Position numbers and translations under genes: made by a program. Positions 28,859 through 36,840 of a DNA stretch of 64,000 nucleotides are shown in pieces. Origin of the DNA: a virus; the IMG/VR virus record IMGVR_UViG_3300023202_000068, positions 1 through 64,000 of that record. One strand, given 5' to 3'. Under the pieces are notes generated by a model. That model was not told the DNA's origin. It was given only the letters and a program-made list of their open reading frames with translations, and did not search any database. The number at the start of each line of letters is the position of its first letter. The stretch's first letter is position 1.

Positions 28859-31800
28859 ATGTATAAGAAAACGTGGCGAATCTTAGCAAAATCAGAAAAC
28901 AACTCAGTACTTGGTAGAAGACCTCACTTTATCTTTAGTGTTGAGGAGCCTCGCTACGAGCAAAAGCTAAAAATGGACCACGATAAAGCTGTAAATTTTT
29001 TACGTCAAAAAGGCTATAAAGTAGAAGAGATGGGTGGGCGATACGGAGGTCTAGACGAGCGAAGTATTGTGGTTCACGACGTACCAGAAGAGTCGATTGG
29101 AAAACTTCATCAATTTGCTAAAGACTTAGGGCAAGAATCTAGTATACACTCAGACGGCAGTAGTCACTCTATGTTGTATCACGGCGGTGAAAACGCCGGA
29201 ATGCACGTTCGAGGTCAAGGTACTAACTTTCATAAAAACCCACCTGAGGATTACTTCTCTACATTATCGGATGGAACTATTTTCACTCACAACTTTAACA
29301 TGGACGAATGGCATCCTAGTGAAACTAACGGTGTAAAAAAATCTGAAGATGTCTTGATGAAGGCACCTATAATGGGTGAGATAGATCCAGACGATGAAGA
29401 TTGGCACTATGCCAATAGTGTTGGACACGTCCTCAATCCTTCTGGCGGTTTTAGCTACAGCAATAAGGCTACAGAAAAAATGAAGGATAGTTTATTTCAC
29501 CACGTGATCGAAAGACACTATCAAGACTCTCAAGAACCAGGTGGTACTAGAAAATTTTTTGACCACATATATACTACAGATGAAGAGGGTGAGGACCCTA
29601 TAGCAAACCTATCTATACAACGCACGTCTAAGGGAAAGCATAGGGTAAATCATTCAATTGTAGAGCCTTCACATAGAGGTAGGGGCTTTGGCTCCATGAT
29701 GTACCAAAGAGCCCTAGAGCACCACGGGGATTTAGAGTCCGACGAATCTGTTAGTCCCGAAGCACATCGCGTTTGGGAAAAAATGTCTAAGAAGCCTAAC
29801 GTACAAGGTAGGCTTGGTGAGTATCCTGGCCCTAGTAGTGATAGACATGCTTTTAAATTTATAAAAAAATCTGAAGATGATGACTCTAGATACTTAGAGC
29901 ACTACTCAAGGCACAAAGATTTAGCACACATAGATCCAGACCATACTGGTTCTGGCGTAGACAGGACTCAGCGAGCTGCCGCCAATAGGCAAAGTAAATT
30001 TAGCTTTTACTACCCTAATAACTACGAGAGTCCAGAGCCTTTTGTAACAAATCAAGCCCAATCAAAGTACAAAGTAAAGTTAGACCCAAATCACAAGGTC
30101 TTTGACGCAAAAGAGCACGGTAGCGATATAGTAAATCAAAGTAAAAACGCTAGTGGTGCTTTAGATATAGATGCTTTTGTACAAAATCTAAAGACTGCAG
30201 GCTACCATGGTTTTAAATCAAGACCTCAAGGTGTTGAAATGGTGGCTATGTTTGATAAGCTACCAGTTTACAGTGAAGAGCCAGTACAGCCTTTTAAGGT
30301 TAAGAAATCTGAAATAGAAAAAGGCGTTAAAACTCCTTCTAAGTTTATGGGTTTAAAGCGCCTAAAGCAAATTAAGCAAGACCACAATATAGGGGCTGGG
30401 GGAAATGAGTACTCTGAGGGTGAGTTAAAAGACGCCATAGTTCAAAGAAAAATCTCAGATGCTGAAAGAACAGTTAGAGAAGCTAAAAGAAGAGAAAAAG
30501 AACTTGCCTCTCAACATGAGGGTGGAGGAGCTTTACCACCTCCATTTGTGTTTAAAAAATCTGAAAGTCTTGAAAAAGGTGCAATGCAACGTAAGTTTAA
30601 GTTTAGACCTCAGGATGATGTAGGCGAAGATGAAGCTGAAAATGTTGATCTTTGGCAGCAAGATTCTTTTGAAGACGGTCGAAAAAAAATGGGCAATATG
30701 CATCCAAACGCAAAAATGAGAGCTTTAAATAAGTTGGCGGCTAAAACTAAAATGAGAACAGATAAGGATGGCAAAAGACATTTCTTACTACATCGAGGTG
30801 TCGGCGCTTCAGAGGCACTAAAAACTTATCGTAAAAAAGGTGCTTTTATTAAAGAAATAAATAATCCCGATTTCTCCTCTTGGACTTACGATAAAAAATT
30901 TGCCGATAATTTTGGAGCAGACTACGGGGGAGGCGCTCAATCTGCGTGGATACATGAGGATAACATTACACACATGCCTAATGCTTACGGCGATGTAAGT
31001 CACGGCGGAGCTGGTGAAAACAAAATGCACGGTGAGGGAGAGGTTATAGTAGGACCTCACAAATCAAGAATGGCTAGTCACAATGAGGTAAATACAGAAA
31101 TTCACCCAAACACTCTAGATGAGGCAATTAGTGCACGTGGAAAAATGGGAGGCTCGTGGCTTGGCAGGGAACAGTCTGATAAGTCTTTTAGAGAAAGAGT
31201 TGTTAAGCCGAGATTGAAAAACAAAAAGCTAGCTTCTTCAGAACACGATGTACCTGATCTTCTTAAGAATGAATATAAACCACCTAAGATCAACCTAAAC
31301 CCAGAACATGGTAAGAAGATCGCAGACGCATACCATAATATGAAGCACGACCCAGACCATCCTGATGTTCAAGAAGCCTATGGTGCTCTGATTAATGAAA
31401 CAAAGAAACAATATCAAGATATTTTGGATTCAGGTATAAAACTTACCCCTATTAAGCCTGGACAGGAAAATCCATACAAGAACTCAAAAGAATTGCATCA
31501 CGACATAGAGAATAACAAGCACATGTATTATTTTCCAACAGATCAGGGGTTTGGCTCTTCTGACAACGAATACTCTAACCACCCAATGCTTCAACCAACA
31601 GAGCTTGAGATTGGTGGGCAAAAACTTCTTGCAAATGACTTATTTCGAATAGTTCATGATATAAACGGACATCACCACGGTGGTAGAACTACGTTTGGAC
31701 CCAAAGGTGAGCACAAAGCCTTTCTCCATCACAAGACTATGTATTCACCAATGGCACAGCGTGCACTTGCATCAGAAACACTTGGTCAAAACTCTTGGGT

Positions 31801-33655
31801 AAACTTTGGACCTCATGGTGAGGCTAACAGAAGAGATCCAGCCAACACAATATATGCAGATCAAAAAGCCGGATTACTTCCTAACGATATACTAGAAGGT
31901 AATTGGCACGCAGACGAAACACCTCAAGCCTCTAGTCCTATGGATCTTGTAAACAAGCCAATTAAGAAGAGCGAGAAAAAGTTTAAATACCAACCTAAGA
32001 AAGGTGATACAGTACACTTATCTCACGGTATCACAGATAGTAAGCGCGGTGGAGAAAAAGTACATACTGATAAAAAATACGTAGTACATAACGAATCCAA
32101 AGGTGGATATAGACAATCACACTGGGTAGTTCCTGAAGGTGAAAAAGATACAAGTAAGGGTAGGTACCACAGAAGTGACAGACTCCACCCTGTAAAGAAA
32201 TTTGAAGTACAGCTTAAAAAAGACGTTGGAGCCCTAAAGTTTCCAGGTTTAAAAGACATTACTACAAGACCAGATCAAGAGATTAACTCAATTAGTACTG
32301 ATCGGCAAGCAGACATTGCTACTAAGCAAATCGTTGAGAGAGAGAAAAGAGTTAGACCTGAAGCTGCAGAGGCTGTAGAACAAGAAGCCGGAAGAGCTGT
32401 TAGAAGCTTAGTTCAGAAAAAACCTAAAAATATATTAGGTAAGCCCAAGAAAGCTAAGGGAACATTTGAAGGTATAGAGGGTGATAGGCAAGCGGCTAAG
32501 TCTCAGATTAGAGAGGCCAAGGCAAGACAGGAAGATAAAGATTTTTCAGAGCCAGGGGCTCAAGGCTTCTTAGTAGAGCAGCGAGTGCCAGATCAGAAAG
32601 ACTTAGGCTTTGTCCCTGAGAGACACGCAGGCGGTCCAGTACAGCAACACGAAGGTCATCATCACCTGTTTAGCGAAGTATCTAGAAAATACGGTCCAAG
32701 TGCTAGGTACAAACTTGTTAATCACTTATTGAAAGAGTTACCTGGTCAAGATATTGAAGACATGAAAGATCATTTAAGGTTTACTTATGGATATGACCAT
32801 AAAGATAGTAACTTTAATGAAGAAGTTTTGAACCACGCTAGGGATATACTTGTAAGCCCTAAATCAAGAGAGTCTTACTTAAAGTTTTTAGAAGAAAAAC
32901 ATGGTCCTGCAAACACCCATGACAATAGAAGAACAATGGCTAGGGTAAAATCTGGTTGGAGAAAAGTACTTAATAGTAGTAAAAAAGTTACACCTGAAAC
33001 TTTTCAGGCAGAGGTGATTCCTTTTAAGAGTAAGTTAACGGCATCAGAAAAGGCGGTTATTGATATGCACAAAGCTACAAGCTTTAGATCAGCTATAATG
33101 GCTGGACTTGCAACTGGAGCAATGGCGACTAGTAGTAACGTCCAAGCAGGTATGACACAACCAGAGACACCAGTACAAAACACAATCACTCATGACCAGC
33201 AAGTGCCTGAAAATAACAAAAACCACATACTGAATGCAATACAGTTCGTAGAATCATCTGGTGGTAAAAACACCAATCATGAACGACTCCCTCAAGACTC
33301 CATCCATAGAGGAGAAAGGGCTTTTGGAAAGTATGGTTTAACACCCTTATTGATTAGAGAAACTATAGGTCAACACAAAGACTTATCTAGAAAATACAAT
33401 TCATTGCAAAATTTGCAAGGCGATCAGTTTCACGAACAAATGCAGCAACACCCAGAACTAGAAGAAATTATAGCATCACGTCATTACGATAGGCTTTCTA
33501 GAAAGTTTGGTCACGATCATCAAAAAATTGGCTATGCATGGTTGAACGGAATCACTGGTACTATGAAGGCACTAAAGCGTGGCGACGATATATCGGACCA
33601 CTGGCATGTGCAAAAAATTACAAACGCATACAATAAAGCAAAATCTGGTAAGTGA
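28859..33655 (+). CDS. ~1598-aa multidomain virion polyprotein (SAM-lyase-like, GNAT, two ART-like, two zincin-like, transglycosylase-like domains)
   Basis: AGGA RBS before ATG 28859; catalytic motifs separated by KKSE-type linkers (see findings). Confidence 0.85.
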   Translation: MYKKTWRILAKSENNSVLGRRPHFIFSVEEPRYEQKLKMDHDKAVNFLRQKGYKVEEMGGRYGGLDERSIVVHDVPEESIGKLHQFAKDLGQESSIHSDGSSHSMLYHGGENAGMHVRGQGTNFHKNPPEDYFSTLSDGTIFTHNFNMDEWHPSETNGVKKSEDVLMKAPIMGEIDPDDEDWHYANSVGHVLNPSGGFSYSNKATEKMKDSLFHHVIERHYQDSQEPGGTRKFFDHIYTTDEEGEDPIANLSIQRTSKGKHRVNHSIVEPSHRGRGFGSMMYQRALEHHGDLESDESVSPEAHRVWEKMSKKPNVQGRLGEYPGPSSDRHAFKFIKKSEDDDSRYLEHYSRHKDLAHIDPDHTGSGVDRTQRAAANRQSKFSFYYPNNYESPEPFVTNQAQSKYKVKLDPNHKVFDAKEHGSDIVNQSKNASGALDIDAFVQNLKTAGYHGFKSRPQGVEMVAMFDKLPVYSEEPVQPFKVKKSEIEKGVKTPSKFMGLKRLKQIKQDHNIGAGGNEYSEGELKDAIVQRKISDAERTVREAKRREKELASQHEGGGALPPPFVFKKSESLEKGAMQRKFKFRPQDDVGEDEAENVDLWQQDSFEDGRKKMGNMHPNAKMRALNKLAAKTKMRTDKDGKRHFLLHRGVGASEALKTYRKKGAFIKEINNPDFSSWTYDKKFADNFGADYGGGAQSAWIHEDNITHMPNAYGDVSHGGAGENKMHGEGEVIVGPHKSRMASHNEVNTEIHPNTLDEAISARGKMGGSWLGREQSDKSFRERVVKPRLKNKKLASSEHDVPDLLKNEYKPPKINLNPEHGKKIADAYHNMKHDPDHPDVQEAYGALINETKKQYQDILDSGIKLTPIKPGQENPYKNSKELHHDIENNKHMYYFPTDQGFGSSDNEYSNHPMLQPTELEIGGQKLLANDLFRIVHDINGHHHGGRTTFGPKGEHKAFLHHKTMYSPMAQRALASETLGQNSWVNFGPHGEANRRDPANTIYADQKAGLLPNDILEGNWHADETPQASSPMDLVNKPIKKSEKKFKYQPKKGDTVHLSHGITDSKRGGEKVHTDKKYVVHNESKGGYRQSHWVVPEGEKDTSKGRYHRSDRLHPVKKFEVQLKKDVGALKFPGLKDITTRPDQEINSISTDRQADIATKQIVEREKRVRPEAAEAVEQEAGRAVRSLVQKKPKNILGKPKKAKGTFEGIEGDRQAAKSQIREAKARQEDKDFSEPGAQGFLVEQRVPDQKDLGFVPERHAGGPVQQHEGHHHLFSEVSRKYGPSARYKLVNHLLKELPGQDIEDMKDHLRFTYGYDHKDSNFNEEVLNHARDILVSPKSRESYLKFLEEKHGPANTHDNRRTMARVKSGWRKVLNSSKKVTPETFQAEVIPFKSKLTASEKAVIDMHKATSFRSAIMAGLATGAMATSSNVQAGMTQPETPVQNTITHDQQVPENNKNHILNAIQFVESSGGKNTNHERLPQDSIHRGERAFGKYGLTPLLIRETIGQHKDLSRKYNSLQNLQGDQFHEQMQQHPELEEIIASRHYDRLSRKFGHDHQKIGYAWLNGITGTMKALKRGDDISDHWHVQKITNAYNKAKSGK

Positions 33656-33662
33656 CACTGGG

Positions 33663-33691
33663 TTGACACAAACCACATATGAAGATAAAAT
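33663..33691 (+). promoter_or_regulatory. near-consensus sigma70 promoter
   Basis: TTGACA-17nt-TAAAAT. Confidence 0.75.
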
Positions 33692-33718
33692 ATAGTTGTA
33701 AGTTAACGAGAGAGTTTT

Positions 33719-33934
33719 ATGAACAGAAAAGACATTGCAGCACATAAAGCCTACGCTAGTACATTAGAAGTGTACGAGCTATCTGGTTTTATAAGACAGC
33801 TTCAAGCAGAAAAAGCAGAATTAAAACCACACATGGATGTTGAGAAATATGACTTTTTAATTAACGCCTATCTCGATGAACTTGTCTATCTTTCCCTACA
33901 GCAAAACCCTAGTCACAAAGCAAATATTCATTAA
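33719..33934 (+). CDS. small hypothetical protein with its own host-type promoter
   Basis: ORF directly downstream of sigma70 promoter. Confidence 0.6.
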   Translation: MNRKDIAAHKAYASTLEVYELSGFIRQLQAEKAELKPHMDVEKYDFLINAYLDELVYLSLQQNPSHKANIH

Positions 33935-33947
33935 TCCCTAAAAACGA

Positions 33948-33956
33948 TAATCTTTA
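33948..33956 (+). promoter_or_regulatory. putative late promoter TAATCTTTA
   Basis: Upstream of 33982. Confidence 0.7.
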
Positions 33957-33981
33957 CAGATATAGTCTTTAGGAGGCATAT

Positions 33982-34506
33982 ATGGATATCAAGCCAGGTG
34001 AAGTCGAATCTGTAAAAATTATAGGTAACCTACACGGTAATGACGTTAAGATGGTCAAGACCCACGGTGGGTTTCACGTAGCAGTTGGTAAAAAGAAGAA
34101 AAACGGTAATAAAACCGAAGCCTTAGCCGCTGGATCACATCAAGCTATTGTTGCTCACCAAATTGCTAAAGAGTTTGGAACAGACTATCAACCAGCCATT
34201 ATGAAGTCTGAAGCCGATAGGCTTGAAGATGTCATGAATAAGTCTGAGCTTTTATCAAGCGAAGCGTTGGCTAAAGGTATTGAACTTTTTACACTTGAAA
34301 AAAACAACCATTACGACTTTGTCGTATACAAAAGAGGTATGACCCTAGGTAAGTATCAAGCTGAACTAGAGGGTAACACACTAAAGCTCACAAAGTATGA
34401 GTTCAACACGGCTCCTGATATGGATATAGCTAAGGCTGTGGCTAGAATGATTGAGGACAAGGCTGATGAACTAGGTGTCACTGAGATAGAAAAAGGTTGG
34501 TTGTAA
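33982..34506 (+). CDS. late protein with internal MKSE/NKSE motifs
   Basis: AGGAGG RBS; IMKSEADRLEDVMNKSEL. Confidence 0.7.
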   Translation: MDIKPGEVESVKIIGNLHGNDVKMVKTHGGFHVAVGKKKKNGNKTEALAAGSHQAIVAHQIAKEFGTDYQPAIMKSEADRLEDVMNKSELLSSEALAKGIELFTLEKNNHYDFVVYKRGMTLGKYQAELEGNTLKLTKYEFNTAPDMDIAKAVARMIEDKADELGVTEIEKGWL

Positions 34507-34529
34507 AGTTTTCAATTTAAGGAATATTA

Positions 34530-35426
34530 ATGTCCAAGAAAATTAAGACTATTATAGATACTTCTTCGATGCCAGAGGTTAAATTTAGCCTCGACGCACA
34601 GGAGAAGTTTGGTCGCAGTCGCGGTGTCATATTTGAACACTGGTCTGCTATACCATCCCCTATAGGACTCAAAGACCGTGGAGACTACCGAAGGTCAGAT
34701 ACGCTGGATACTATTTCAGAAAATGGCTTTATATATAAGAAGGTTGGTTGTTTTGTGGCGACCATTGTGGGTAACGGTCACCAGAATCAGCACAACGGTC
34801 CTGCAGAAGCCGGTATTTACGACAATAGCACAGCTAGAATTATCATACCCAAGTTTTATGAGGACACTGATCAAAAAAAAGAAATTTCTCTGCTTCCAGG
34901 CGACCGAATATACGCAAGAGATATAGAGCTGAATGTTGAGAACTATCAAAGGGCAGAATATAACCCTAACTCTTCGGACTTCTTACAGTTTCCAGCTAAA
35001 TGCGTTAGTAGACTGGTAGACTCAAAGGGTATTGAGTACACAGAGGGTAGAGATTTTAAGATCAATCGAGATGGAAATGTTCAATGGATATCTGGAAAAA
35101 AGAACCCTGGTATTGACCCAGAAACGGGCAAGGGCAGGATATACTCTATTAGATACGAGTATACAGCCTTCTGGTATATCCAGCAATTGATTAATGAGAT
35201 AAGAATTACCAATACCGACGACGCTGAGAGCCCAGCACGTATGCCATACCACGCTATGGTACAAAGAGAATATGTTTACCACAACCAGAACCGAAAAAAA
35301 CCTGCTGAAACTGAAGAAAAAGTTACAAGAAAGACTGAGCCTACTCGTAAAAACCCAGAGCCTCGTGAAGATATTGAGCCTAACCAGCCAGAAGTACAGG
35401 TAGACCTGAGGAATTTCACAGAGTAG
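34530..35426 (+). CDS. neck/head-closure protein
   Basis: LLPGDRIY, YTEGRDFKI..DGNVQW, YSIRYEY pattern; neck region context. Confidence 0.55.
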   Translation: MSKKIKTIIDTSSMPEVKFSLDAQEKFGRSRGVIFEHWSAIPSPIGLKDRGDYRRSDTLDTISENGFIYKKVGCFVATIVGNGHQNQHNGPAEAGIYDNSTARIIIPKFYEDTDQKKEISLLPGDRIYARDIELNVENYQRAEYNPNSSDFLQFPAKCVSRLVDSKGIEYTEGRDFKINRDGNVQWISGKKNPGIDPETGKGRIYSIRYEYTAFWYIQQLINEIRITNTDDAESPARMPYHAMVQREYVYHNQNRKKPAETEEKVTRKTEPTRKNPEPREDIEPNQPEVQVDLRNFTE

Positions 35427-35435
35427 CAATCTTTA
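35427..35435 (+). promoter_or_regulatory. putative late promoter CAATCTTTA
   Basis: Upstream of 35461. Confidence 0.7.
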
Positions 35436-35460
35436 AGGTGTAATTTATAGGAGTTACAAG

Positions 35461-35937
35461 ATGTCACAAAAAGTAAAAGATCCAATTAGAACGATTAGAA
35501 CACGTGCTGATTTAGCAAAAAAAGATATGATTAAGTACAATGACGCTGCAGGTGCAGACAAGGTATTTATCATTGAGCCTCCAATTAAAAGAGCCGTCAC
35601 AGGTGGAGAAGCTGTTGGTCCTGGTAAATATGTAAAAATTACCAGTGCAAACTATACGCTCGACTTAGTAGGTAGAGCTTACGACAATTCTAAAACTTAC
35701 AGAAAGGGTGATATTGTTTCAGAAGGTACTGACATCTACCGTGCAAACGTAGACATCCTTGAGCCTGAAGCTTTTGAAGCCGATAACTGGGTTAAGGTCG
35801 CACCAAAGCAAATCGCAGCTATACCAGCACCATCTGGGGCTGTAGTAACTACTGGCAGATACCACAACACTGTAACAACTGCTGGTTTCTTGGTTGATGA
35901 TGATTCTGAAATATCATTTCAATCTGTGAGAGACTAA
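35461..35937 (+). CDS. virion protein with CBM5/12-like insertion
   Basis: AYDNSKTYRKGDIVSEGTDIYRAN...W. Confidence 0.55.
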   Translation: MSQKVKDPIRTIRTRADLAKKDMIKYNDAAGADKVFIIEPPIKRAVTGGEAVGPGKYVKITSANYTLDLVGRAYDNSKTYRKGDIVSEGTDIYRANVDILEPEAFEADNWVKVAPKQIAAIPAPSGAVVTTGRYHNTVTTAGFLVDDDSEISFQSVRD

Positions 35938-35938
35938 C

Positions 35939-36829
35939 ATGTTATCTGCTAAGGATATCAAGGTCGTTCAAAGCATTTTAGGCGATGATATCTTTCAGAC
36001 TCTAGAAAAGTCTGAAATTAGCGGTGGACTATATAAACCTGGAACTAGAACTGCTTTAGATCCAGAAGAAATCAAGATTGCCTTAGAAATTGTTCCTAGA
36101 ACAATTTTGTCTTTTTTGATGGGACAGTTAAAAAATAAAGAGGTTGGTGAAATTTGTAAATGTGACCTTCCTTTCGAACCAGGCGCTATGATGGAGTGCC
36201 ATAAGCTTGGACCAGACAATTATTCTGGTCAAATTATCAAAGACGGTAAAGTTTGTGCAGAGTTTAAGCATAGATCTATACCAGGGGTGGGTTTAATAAT
36301 ACTAACAGCTTTTGAATTATATGATATATCTAACTTAGACCGTAAAAAAGCCTCTGAGTCAGATGAAAAAATAGAAAAACTACAAGACATCATTAATCAA
36401 AAACTGGAGTTACAAAGACTTGTTCAAGACGTAGTCGATAGAAGGATGTCTGAAAGAGCCGCAATAGACTCTTTAATACAGGCACGCTTAGGGGAGCACA
36501 TTGCATCAGTACAAGCACCGACTGAAGAAAAGGAAGAACCAACCATGGAAAAGAAAAGTAAGCTCAAACAATTTCTAGAGAGTCGAGAAGGTAAGAGACA
36601 AGAGTCTGTAGAAATGGAAAAAGGTGAAATTAATTGTCCTGATTGTGGTACGAATATTTACAAAAATGAAAAGAAAAACGAGATTAACCTATGCCTCTGT
36701 TATGGAGAGCATATGAATAAAGGCATTAAGTTTAAAAAATCAGAAGACGGTAGGGTTCAGTTTAAGTTTCCTAAGTCTTTTGACATTGAAAACGTAGAAA
36801 TGCTTTTAGACGCAATTAAGAAACAGTAA
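35939..36829 (+). CDS. late protein with C-terminal zinc finger and KSE motifs
   Basis: LEKSE, MEKGE, FKKSE; CPDC...CLC. Confidence 0.65.
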   Translation: MLSAKDIKVVQSILGDDIFQTLEKSEISGGLYKPGTRTALDPEEIKIALEIVPRTILSFLMGQLKNKEVGEICKCDLPFEPGAMMECHKLGPDNYSGQIIKDGKVCAEFKHRSIPGVGLIILTAFELYDISNLDRKKASESDEKIEKLQDIINQKLELQRLVQDVVDRRMSERAAIDSLIQARLGEHIASVQAPTEEKEEPTMEKKSKLKQFLESREGKRQESVEMEKGEINCPDCGTNIYKNEKKNEINLCLCYGEHMNKGIKFKKSEDGRVQFKFPKSFDIENVEMLLDAIKKQ

Positions 36830-36840
36830 CGGAGATTGAA

